Source: a virus
Taxonomy: Duplodnaviria; Caudoviricetes
Direction: 5' to 3' (one strand)
Virus record (IMG/VR): IMGVR_UViG_3300020045_004558
Span: 1-34,234 of that record
DNA: 34,234 bases
Shown: one piece after another, positions 1 through 6,572 of the stretch
Numbering within the stretch: position 1 is the stretch's first letter
Layout: each line of letters begins with the position of its first letter
Position numbers and translations under genes: made by a program
Notes under the pieces: model-generated
What the model saw: only the letters and a program-made list of their open reading frames with translations
The model's database searches: none
Told to the model about the DNA's origin: nothing

Positions 1-565
1 GTTTTCCGGTGATGCAAGGGTTTTCGGTAATGCACGGGTTTAAGGTAATGGACAGGTTTCCGGTGATGCATAGGTTTCCGGTGATGCACGGGTTTACGGT
101 GATGCATGGGTTTACGGTAATGCACAGGTTTCCGGTGATGCATGGGTTTCCGGTAATGCACGGGTTAAGTGTTTGCTTTAATATCGTGTGCTTATTACAG
201 AATGAGTACATATACCTATCTTTAATGTCCTTGCAGTATTCATACTTATCTTTAAATCCTCTTTCATTTCGTAGCAATGCCGTTGCTGATTTATGTAAGC
301 TGATTACTGAAGAGTGATCGCGGTCAATTACCCTTGCGATGTGTGAGAATCCATATTCGCGCACATAGTTTTTATTGTGATTAACTATCTCAATGCAAAA
401 TTTAACCGCTATTTTTTTTGCATCCATGACCTCAGAAAGCCTTGTATTGTTGCGGATGGGGATATTAATATCCAATCGCTCATACACATCTTCAAACAGT
501 TTTTGAATGTTGATTCGCTCAATATCCCTGTTGATTAACTGATATACTTTATGATACTTTCCCAT
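1..565 (-). CDS. DnaA domain IV-like HTH protein with C-terminal NPCITG hexapeptide repeats (3'-truncated by window edge; absent from ORF track)
   Basis: ATG at 565-563 directly follows the TAA of 566..811 and the frame is open to position 1: MGKYHKVYQLINRDIERINIQKLFEDVYERLDINIPIRNNTRLSEVMDAKKIAVKF...YGFSHIARVIDRDHSSVISLHK...KQTLNPCITGNPCITG. IARVIDRDHSSVI resembles the DnaA C-terminal IG..FG.RDHTTV motif. Confidence 0.75.
   Translation of the reverse strand, partial: MGKYHKVYQLINRDIERINIQKLFEDVYERLDINIPIRNNTRLSEVMDAKKIAVKFCIEIVNHNKNYVREYGFSHIARVIDRDHSSVISLHKSATALLRNERGFKDKYEYCKDIKDRYMYSFCNKHTILKQTLNPCITGNPCITGNLCITVNPCITVNPCITGNLCITGNLSITLNPCITENPCITGK
5..166. repeat. 18-bp imperfect tandem repeat, 9 copies plus a partial copy at the edge
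   Basis: Minus-strand consensus AAC-CYR-TGC-ATY-ACC-GKA; nine units counted between 166 and 5. Confidence 0.95.
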
Positions 566-811
566 TTAGTTTAAGGGTTTATAATTTGATTTTGTAAATT
601 CTTCAAACGTTTCATTCGTAACAGCATCGTTCCACTTACCCCAAATCACACAGCAACAAACACCGTATTTAATGAAGTGCGAATCCGTTTCTAAACACTC
701 CAGGCAAAGGGGGCAAACCTCTTTTGCCGGCTCTTCGTGGTTCTTAACCCATACATAAGTGTTGGGGTTACTTGCCTTGCAAAACTCCTGATCTTCTTGC
801 TCGTAGTTCAT
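566..811 (-). CDS. 81-aa Cys-rich phage protein, copy A (CPLC...CCC)
   Basis: 77/81 aa identical to 1717..1962, with mostly synonymous differences, which supports coding function. Confidence 0.85.
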   Translation of the reverse strand: MNYEQEDQEFCKASNPNTYVWVKNHEEPAKEVCPLCLECLETDSHFIKYGVCCCVIWGKWNDAVTNETFEEFTKSNYKPLN

Positions 812-863
812 TTGTGCTTTTTTAAAAGGTTGTTGCGATGTTTTGAAACCTTGTCTTTTTTAC
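566..863 (-). repeat. Left arm of ~300-bp imperfect inverted repeat (partner 1662-1962)
   Basis: Reverse complement aligns with 1662-1962; by-eye count of about 22 substitutions plus one 3-bp indel (~92% identity). Confidence 0.95.
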
Positions 864-1128
864 ACAATTCCATATCGTTTGACTGGCCGCCTGAAGAGGT
901 AATTGTATTTACATTGGTGTTTACATTGGAATCGCTTTTGTTTGCATTTGCAAAGTCAATTCTATTGCCTAACAACTCCTTAACCTTGCTCATATACTTT
1001 GATGGGATTTCGCTTTTTTCAAATAGTTGTATAAGGTAAACCCGCGACACCCCTAACATATCCGCGAAATCAGATTGCTTAATGTGGTTATCCCTCAACG
1101 CTCGTTTCAGTGCCTCTCCCTGTTTCAT
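808..1128 (-). CDS. XRE-family HTH repressor (CI-like); its C-terminal 17 aa come from the inverted-repeat arm
   Basis: IKQSDFADMLGVSRVYLIQL HTH; divergent from the Cro-like gene; ends KKDKVSKHRNNLLKKHK, the same tail as ORF 1553..1720. Confidence 0.8.
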   Translation of the reverse strand: MKQGEALKRALRDNHIKQSDFADMLGVSRVYLIQLFEKSEIPSKYMSKVKELLGNRIDFANANKSDSNVNTNVNTITSSGGQSNDMELCKKDKVSKHRNNLLKKHK

Positions 1129-1189
1129 TTGGTTAGCTTATCAACTTTACAATTGTTAATAACTTTTGTTTACTTTTAGTTGATTTTTG

Positions 1190-1220
1190 TTTGCAAATGT
1201 AAATAATGTGTTTAAATTTG
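1190..1220 (+). promoter_or_regulatory. Bacteroidota sigma-A promoter driving the Cro-like early operon
   Basis: TTTG (1190-1193), 19-nt spacer, TAAATTTG (1213-1220) matches TTTG-N19-21-TAnnTTTG. Confidence 0.75.
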
Positions 1221-1236
1221 CATCCATTATTGAAAG

Positions 1237-1267
1237 CAAAAGTAAACGCATTTATACAAAAGACAAC
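1237..1267 (-). promoter_or_regulatory. Candidate leftward promoter for the repressor
   Basis: Minus-strand GTTG (1267-1264), 19 nt, TACTTTTG (1244-1237). Confidence 0.55.
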
Positions 1268-1273
1268 AATAAA

Positions 1274-1483
1274 ATGGTAACAGAGGCACAAAGGTTTACA
1301 AACCAAACAGTTAAATTATTAACACCGGCAGCAAAGCTGCGTATTTGTATAGCGGCAGGCGTAAGTGAATCAACGCTTAACAGGTGGATCAGGTCAGGCA
1401 GTGCAAAGTTAGTTCATCCTGTTGTAATGAAAGCTGTTGCAAAAGAAACGGGCTTGGCAAAAAAAGAAATTCTCATTGGTTAG
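1274..1483 (+). CDS. Cro-like HTH protein (likely start ATG 1274, not 1187)
   Basis: RICIAAGVSESTLNRWIR HTH; the ATG follows an A-rich leader downstream of the promoter; a terminator follows. Confidence 0.75.
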   Translation: MVTEAQRFTNQTVKLLTPAAKLRICIAAGVSESTLNRWIRSGSAKLVHPVVMKAVAKETGLAKKEILIG

Positions 1484-1494
1484 GGGTAACTGAT

Positions 1495-1524
1495 CGGGCA
1501 GGAGTGGTTTACCTGCCCGCTTTT
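1495..1524 (+). terminator. Intrinsic terminator after the Cro-like gene
   Basis: CGGGCAGG-9 nt-CCTGCCCG followed by CTTTT. Confidence 0.75.
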
Positions 1525-1552
1525 CTAAATATTAATTTTAAAAACAAACAAC

Positions 1553-1720
1553 ATGAATAGACTGGATAAAATTGAAAGACAAATAGAGTTGATATGCGAG
1601 GCATTGCACATTGATGAACTAATCGAAACTGTTGTTTTCGGTCAGCCTGAGAAAAAAGAAAGTAAAAAAGACAAGGTTTCAAAACATCGAAATAACCTTT
1701 TAAAAAAGCACAGCAAATGA
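1553..1720 (+). CDS. 55-aa hypothetical protein (MNRLDKIERQIELICEAL...KKDKVSKHRNNLLKKHSK)
   Basis: A-rich leader; ATGA overlap with the 1717 gene; below the ORF-track size cut-off. Confidence 0.65.
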   Translation: MNRLDKIERQIELICEALHIDELIETVVFGQPEKKESKKDKVSKHRNNLLKKHSK

Positions 1721-1962
1721 ACTACGAAACCGAAGATCAGGAGTTTTGCAAGGCAAGCAACCCAAACACTTATGTATGGGTTAAGAATCACGAAGAGCCG
1801 GAAAAAGAAGTTTGTCCGCTATGCCTGGAGTGTTTAGAAACGGATTCACACTTCATTAAATACGGTGTTTGTTGCTGTGTGATTTGGGGTAAGTGGAATG
1901 ATTCCGTTACAACAGAAACATTTGAAGAATTTACAAAATCAAATTATAAACCCTTAAACTAA
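1662..1962 (+). repeat. Right arm of ~300-bp imperfect inverted repeat (partner 566-863)
   Basis: Begins GTAAAAAAGACAAGGTTTC and ends AAACCCTTAAACTAA, matching the reverse complement of 863-566. Confidence 0.95.
1717..1962 (+). CDS. 81-aa Cys-rich phage protein, copy B
   Basis: Paralog of 566..811; translationally coupled on both sides. Confidence 0.85.
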   Translation: MNYETEDQEFCKASNPNTYVWVKNHEEPEKEVCPLCLECLETDSHFIKYGVCCCVIWGKWNDSVTTETFEEFTKSNYKPLN

Positions 1963-2237
1963 TGACAAGACCCGAAATATTACTACACGAAATTAAAACC
2001 GCATTTAACTATCAAATGCTATTGCGTTTAAAGATGGAAAAGGCATCAACTCAAAAATACAGAAAAGAGTTGCAGCGAGAGATAAATGCAAGTTGTAAAT
2101 GGCTGCAAAGTTTAGATGCGAAATTGACAAATCACATTGAGCGCGAAAAGGCAAAAGAGGAGCAAGAGTTATTTAAACTGGAGCAAGAATTAGCAGCATG
2201 CAATAATTCAGTATATCAATTCAAAAAGGCATCATGA
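1962..2237 (+). CDS. Hypothetical coiled-coil early protein
   Basis: TAATG overlap with the upstream gene; helical, charged sequence. Confidence 0.7.
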   Translation: MTRPEILLHEIKTAFNYQMLLRLKMEKASTQKYRKELQREINASCKWLQSLDAKLTNHIEREKAKEEQELFKLEQELAACNNSVYQFKKAS

Positions 2238-2347
2238 GAACTAACATAAAAGCCACTGAAAACAACGGCACACTGTACATCACAACAACAGTAACAAAGA
2301 ATTACAAAGGGGTTTACACCCGCAGAATATCAACTCAAATAAAATGA
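2234..2347 (+). CDS. 37-aa hypothetical protein (MRTNIKATENNG...)
   Basis: ATGA overlaps at both ends exactly fill the gap between the two neighbouring genes. Confidence 0.5.
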   Translation: MRTNIKATENNGTLYITTTVTKNYKGVYTRRISTQIK

Positions 2348-2667
2348 ACGCACCAATTCAATTCCCGATTTACACACGATCGCCTCTTGGATCATTCTAT
2401 ACTAAACACATCAGCGAAAATCACTGCATTGATGTTTACCCTAACAAGGAAATTGGAATCAATGAAGAAAAGCATGAAAAAACATCAACATCAACCTATG
2501 ATATGCTTTGCAAGGGTGCAGCAAAAAAAATAACAAGGGTTGAGTTTGAAACAATTTACAATACTGTTTCTGATTCAATTCGCAAACGGGCAATTGATTC
2601 AGATGCCCCAATAATGGATTTAGAGTTAGAAAACGCTTCAAAACAAACAGGTGAGTTCACCTGCTGA
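2344..2667 (+). CDS. Hypothetical early protein
   Basis: ORF in operon context. Confidence 0.7.
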   Translation: MNAPIQFPIYTRSPLGSFYTKHISENHCIDVYPNKEIGINEEKHEKTSTSTYDMLCKGAAKKITRVEFETIYNTVSDSIRKRAIDSDAPIMDLELENASKQTGEFTC

Positions 2668-2699
2668 TATTAATAATTCACACTTTAAAATTAATCACT

Positions 2700-3008
2700 A
2701 TGAGTAAATTAATCGGGTTAAATCTAAACCTTTCAAAATTAGATAAAAGAAAAATCAAAGAGGTGCAAACCAAAGATGGACTGCAAAAGTTCATTAACCT
2801 AACGGTATCAATAAACGATACGGTTGACAATTTCGGCAACAACGTTTCGGTTTGGAACGAGCAAACAAAAGAGCAACTTGCAACGAAAGTAAATCGGGTG
2901 TTCTGCGGAAATGGTAAGGTGGTATTCAGCAATGATTCAACTACCAATGATGCTCCGGCAGAATACAAAGCAAAATCGCCTGCGCCTAAAAACGACCTCC
3001 CATTTTAA
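2700..3008 (+). CDS. SSB-like single-stranded DNA-binding protein
   Basis: Beta-rich core with a C-terminal NDLPF tail typical of SSBs; adjacent to Bet. Confidence 0.7.
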   Translation: MSKLIGLNLNLSKLDKRKIKEVQTKDGLQKFINLTVSINDTVDNFGNNVSVWNEQTKEQLATKVNRVFCGNGKVVFSNDSTTNDAPAEYKAKSPAPKNDLPF

Positions 3009-3034
3009 TTTTAAACACTTAAAAAATATTCACG

Positions 3035-3673
3035 ATGGAAAATCAAGTAATGAAAATCGAGTTTTCAAAAGATCAAATTGATCTGATTAAAAGGCAAATC
3101 GCTAACGGCTGCAATGATGATGAATTGCGGTTGTTTCTATACCAATGTAAGCGCACTGGGTTAGACCCATTAACCCGCCAAATTTACGCGATAAAGAGGG
3201 CAGGTAGAATGACTATCCAAACTTCAATTGATGGATTCAGAGTTATTGCAGAACGTTCAGGAACTTACGCAGGTCAGGATGAGCCGACATGGTCATATAA
3301 AGGTGATGGAACAATCGAAAAGTGTGTTGTAAAAGTTTATCGCTTTCGCGGTGATATTCGCTACCCTGCCGGTGTTGGCGTTGCTTTCTTTTCTGAATAC
3401 TACCCGAACCCTGTAAACCTTCAAAAGACTTTAGCGCATACCATGATTGCAAAGGTAGCTGAAGCATTGGCACTTAGAAAAGCATTTCCGCAAGATTTAT
3501 CAGGACTTTATACGGCTGATGAAATGCACCAGGCAGATGCACCACAGCAAGCGGTTGAGGTTGAAGAAATGATGAACGAGCAACAGGCTATGACTATTGA
3601 AACGCTTGTTGAAAATGCAAACATACCTTTTGAAGAAAAGAACGCGATTAAAGAAAGGAAAAAATCACTCTAA
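3035..3673 (+). CDS. bet: Phage single-strand annealing recombinase Bet (RecT/Red-beta family), possibly C-terminally truncated
   Basis: FLYQCKRTGLDPLTRQIY, QTSIDGFRVIAERSG.YAG and MIAKVAEALALRKAFP..LSGLYT.DEM motifs. Confidence 0.9.
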   Translation: MENQVMKIEFSKDQIDLIKRQIANGCNDDELRLFLYQCKRTGLDPLTRQIYAIKRAGRMTIQTSIDGFRVIAERSGTYAGQDEPTWSYKGDGTIEKCVVKVYRFRGDIRYPAGVGVAFFSEYYPNPVNLQKTLAHTMIAKVAEALALRKAFPQDLSGLYTADEMHQADAPQQAVEVEEMMNEQQAMTIETLVENANIPFEEKNAIKERKKSL

Positions 3674-3685
3674 AAAAATATTGAA

Positions 3686-4048
3686 ATGAAAAAAACAATT
3701 CTAATGATCTTAACGGTAGCGGCAATAACCGGCTGCCAAAAAGAAAACAGCGAACTGCCCGCTAATTTCGCGGCAACTTACACGCAGGTTGACCAGGTGA
3801 TTAACGGCAATTACAACCGCCTCGATGGTGTGCTGCAACTTACAACAACCGGCAGCGATGTGTTATTCGAGTTGACAGGCAATAATACATTTCGCATTGA
3901 CGGAGTGGTTAACGGTAACGGCAAGGCAACTATAATAGCTGTTAATGGTGTTGGTGTAACCGGCTCCGCTAATTATAACAGCGATTATTGCGACCTAATT
4001 TATACCACTTCAAACGGAGTTGAGCAGGTGGTTAAATCTAAAAAATAA
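3686..4048 (+). CDS. Lipoprotein, candidate superinfection-exclusion protein
   Basis: MKKTILMILTVAAITG|C lipobox followed by QKENSE; located beside the HTH gene and attP. Confidence 0.75.
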   Translation: MKKTILMILTVAAITGCQKENSELPANFAATYTQVDQVINGNYNRLDGVLQLTTTGSDVLFELTGNNTFRIDGVVNGNGKATIIAVNGVGVTGSANYNSDYCDLIYTTSNGVEQVVKSKK

Positions 4049-4054
4049 AAAGCC

Positions 4055-4429
4055 ATGCCTAAACTGAAATACACTACACTGGGAAATGGATTCAGGGAGC
4101 GGATAGTTTTAGAGATGCGTAAACTTATCGCTGTGGATCCTAAAGTAAAGAACAGGCGCGATTTTGCGCAACGTATTAATGTACTGCCGTCAAATGTAAC
4201 GCAATGGGAAAAGGGCAGGGGTTATCCTACAATGGAGCATATCGCTAAAATGCGTAAAGAATTTGGTTTTGATATTAACAGCCTGATTGACGGAGGCGAT
4301 AAGCATACGCAGTCAATTAAGGGTATCGAAAAAAGGCTTTTAATAGTAGAACAATCGATTAAAAAAGCGATTAAAAAAAGCCCTAAAAAGGTGCTTGTAA
4401 AGTATTTTTTAAAAACAGGAACTCAATGA
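4055..4429 (+). CDS. XRE-family HTH transcriptional regulator
   Basis: RRDFAQRINVLPSNVTQWEKGRGYPTMEHI HTH_3-like motif. Confidence 0.85.
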   Translation: MPKLKYTTLGNGFRERIVLEMRKLIAVDPKVKNRRDFAQRINVLPSNVTQWEKGRGYPTMEHIAKMRKEFGFDINSLIDGGDKHTQSIKGIEKRLLIVEQSIKKAIKKSPKKVLVKYFLKTGTQ

Positions 4430-4535
4430 AATCAGGTGTCTTGATAAACGTAAATTGTTGTTTAACAATCTCGTCTCGGGCACATTATCAATGTTTATTG
4501 TGGTTTTGGGCTAACCGATTAAAGAAACGATTAAA
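4356..4535. mobile_element. Putative attP: tRNA-3'-end core (4467-4482) flanked by paired arm-type repeats
   Basis: AATCTCGTCTCGGGCA reads as T-loop end + T-stem 3' strand + acceptor 3' strand + discriminator A of a GCCCGAG-starting tRNA. CGATTAAA occurs at 4356/4368 and 4516/4528, each pair 12 bp apart. The site is immediately upstream of the integrase. Confidence 0.7.
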
Positions 4536-4549
4536 TTTTAGGCATAAAA

Positions 4550-4575
4550 AAAGGGGTGTAATTAAACACCCCTTT
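4550..4575. terminator. Hairpin terminator, likely bidirectional, downstream of the att core
   Basis: AAAGGGGTGT-AATTAA-ACACCCCTTT with an A-run on the left side. Confidence 0.75.
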
Positions 4576-4712
4576 GCCGTGAAAGGGCTCGGGCTTCGAT
4601 TCGGATACTAATACTTTACCATAGTGATTTTGTTTTACGATATAAATATCAACGTAAGTAACAAGAGGCTGCAAATATAATAAATAATATTTTACATAAC
4701 CAAATTTTATTA

Positions 4713-5828
4713 ATGACCGATTATAAACCCGCCAAATTAAACAATTGCAAAGGTGATATTAGTAAGCAATGGTATGTTTACTATTTCACACTGGTAGATG
4801 GCAAATTTAAAATGCACATTGCCAAAGGTGGCATCAATCGGATTAAAACCAAACGTGAACGGACCGCTGAAGGCAATGCACTGGCAACAGCATTAAATCA
4901 ATTATTAAAACAGGGGTGGAGGCCAAAGGGAACTGATCGAGTTGAAAAGGCTGTTACCTTAATTGCCCGCCTTGATGAATTGCTGCTGCTAAAAAAAAGT
5001 TTGCGCAGGCGAACATGGCAATCCTACCAATACTCTATTGATGTGCTTAAAAGGTGGTTAATTGCCAATCGTTACGATTACTTTTTACCTGATGATTTCA
5101 CGCTACCCATTTGCCATAAGTTTTTTGACAGCCTGCAGGCCGAAAAGTTAGCCGGTAAAACTTTGAACGGTTATAAATCGCAATTATCAGTTTTCTTTAA
5201 CATGATGGTGGGCAGGGAATTCATACAAAAGAACCCATTTTCAAAGATTCGAAAGTTTCAGGAAAACACAGGTCGAAATATTGCCTTTAATGATGAACAG
5301 CGATCTGATTTGGAAGATGAAATGAAAGTACATAATTACCGCCTCTTTTTATTTACTCAATGGATTTACTACACCTGCATCCGGCCAATAGAATTATTGC
5401 GCCTAAAGGTGTCAAATGTTGATTTTGAGAAAGGTATTATTCGAATACACAGCAATCAAAGCAAAAATAAAAGGGATGAATCTGTGGTTATTCCTGATGC
5501 TTTTAAACCATTAGTTGACAAAATGTGTCTTGACGAATTTAGTCCAAACGACTTTATCTTTGGCTCCAGCCTTTTAACCTGTAATAAACCTTACAGCCGC
5601 AACGCTGTTTCAAATGCCTTTAGAAAAGTATTGGTTAAACTCGATTTCGGCAAAGATTACACCCTTTATAGTTGGAAGCACACCTCAGTTGTAAATGCTT
5701 TTAATGCTGGAATAAACCCGTATGCAATACAACGGCAACTCAGGCATCAAAGCCTCGATCAAACAATGGTCTATTTAAAATCATTGGGATTGCTCCGTAA
5801 TGATGAGTTTGGAAGTAAAATGAGGTAA
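4713..5828 (+). CDS. int: Tyrosine recombinase / phage integrase
   Basis: YTCIRPIELLRL (R), SKNK (K), LYSWKHT, QLRHQSLDQTMVY (H...Y) catalytic motifs; N-terminal arm-binding-like and SAM-like regions. Confidence 0.95.
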   Translation: MTDYKPAKLNNCKGDISKQWYVYYFTLVDGKFKMHIAKGGINRIKTKRERTAEGNALATALNQLLKQGWRPKGTDRVEKAVTLIARLDELLLLKKSLRRRTWQSYQYSIDVLKRWLIANRYDYFLPDDFTLPICHKFFDSLQAEKLAGKTLNGYKSQLSVFFNMMVGREFIQKNPFSKIRKFQENTGRNIAFNDEQRSDLEDEMKVHNYRLFLFTQWIYYTCIRPIELLRLKVSNVDFEKGIIRIHSNQSKNKRDESVVIPDAFKPLVDKMCLDEFSPNDFIFGSSLLTCNKPYSRNAVSNAFRKVLVKLDFGKDYTLYSWKHTSVVNAFNAGINPYAIQRQLRHQSLDQTMVYLKSLGLLRNDEFGSKMR

Positions 5829-5904
5829 AATATTGGTCAGGTAGGTTCTACTTGGATAAAATAATTGCTTTGGTTTTCAATCAGTTAAATAAATATTATA
5901 AAAA

Positions 5905-5949
5905 TATCTTTGATAAAGTTTGCAGAATCAAAATATGGGTGTATCTTTG
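5905..5949 (+). promoter_or_regulatory. Bacteroidota promoter with overlapping operator-like repeats
   Basis: TTTG 5919-5922, 19 nt, TATCTTTG 5942-5949; TATCTTTGA direct repeat (5905, 5942) and a TTTGAT...ATCAAA inverted repeat around the -33 box. Confidence 0.75.
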
Positions 5950-5976
5950 ACCCATAATATTTAAAACAAAAGCAAA

Positions 5977-6198
5977 ATGAAAAGCAACAACGAAATTCAG
6001 AAAGAATTACAAAACGTAAAAACACAAGATTCATTAGTGGCAATTTCAATTGAAAACCCTGAGTGGTTTTTTAATGGAAAATTCTCAAATGACGGAATGA
6101 AACTTTTGTCTGTTTCGGTTTATGAAAATTCAGCGAAGGCTAAATTTTATGCAGAAAAGGGAAATGTTACGGTATTTAATAACGGCAATGTTTTATGA
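5977..6198 (+). CDS. 73-aa hypothetical accessory (moron) protein
   Basis: Own promoter, A-rich leader, ATGA coupling to the next gene. Confidence 0.75.
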   Translation: MKSNNEIQKELQNVKTQDSLVAISIENPEWFFNGKFSNDGMKLLSVSVYENSAKAKFYAEKGNVTVFNNGNVL

Positions 6199-6362
6199 CT
6201 AAAAAAGAAAAAAGAGGCGGCACTCGCAAAGGGGCGGGTGCTAAACCTAAATTTGGCGAACCCACAACAACAATAGCGTTCAGGGTTCCTGAATCGAAAG
6301 TGCCGGAAATAAAGAAAATTGTTAAAACGAAAATTGAAACTTATAAATTGAAAAAGAAATGA
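6195..6362 (+). CDS. 55-aa DNA-binding protein (RGG.R.GAG.KP motif + ribbon-helix-helix-like region); absent from ORF track
   Basis: MTKKEKRGGTRKGAGAKPKFGEPTTTIAFRVPESKVPEIKKIVKTKIETYKLKKK. Confidence 0.75.
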   Translation: MTKKEKRGGTRKGAGAKPKFGEPTTTIAFRVPESKVPEIKKIVKTKIETYKLKKK

Positions 6363-6562
6363 AGTGTTGGCGAAATGGTAGCCGCAACTGAGCGTAGTGG
6401 TGCAAGTCTCATATCTTACGACCTCGCAGGAAATGGCAGGTGTTACAACAGTGAAGTTGATAAAAACACATAACGGATAAGGATGAGGGTGTTTGAATAC
6501 ATCCAATATTAACAGGCTTATGCTCGATAGCACCAATGCAGGTTCGACTCCTGCACACTTCA
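6361..6562 (+). ncRNA. tRNA-like RNA (class II/Leu-type scaffold) lacking a canonical anticodon arm, with a ~126-nt structured insert
   Basis: Perfect 7-bp acceptor GAAGTGT/ACACTTC + discriminator A; U8-G9; D-arm GCG-AAATGGTAGC-CGC; T-arm GCAGG-TTCGACT-CCTGC; TGGTGC/GCACCA helix closes the insert. Confidence 0.8.
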
Positions 6563-6572
6563 CATAGAAAAG

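Noticed and set aside
5-166. Possible CRISPR array
   Set aside because: The 18-bp units are contiguous with no unique spacers, and there are no cas genes.
9-317. Plus-strand ORF with MHGFPV repeats
   Set aside because: It is the antisense shadow of the repeat-containing minus-strand gene, which has a coupled start and a recognisable HTH.
566-1962. DGR template/variable repeat pair
   Set aside because: Mismatches are mainly synonymous and not restricted to adenines of one copy, both copies are intact genes, and there is no reverse transcriptase in the window.
4426-4611. 61-aa ORF upstream of the integrase
   Set aside because: It spans the att core, arm repeats and terminator, and the sequence is not protein-like.
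6361-6562. Canonical tRNA, tmRNA, or group I intron-containing tRNA
   Set aside because: There is no 17-nt anticodon arm and no G3-U70 pair, the insert is only ~126 nt, and I recognised no group I core motifs.
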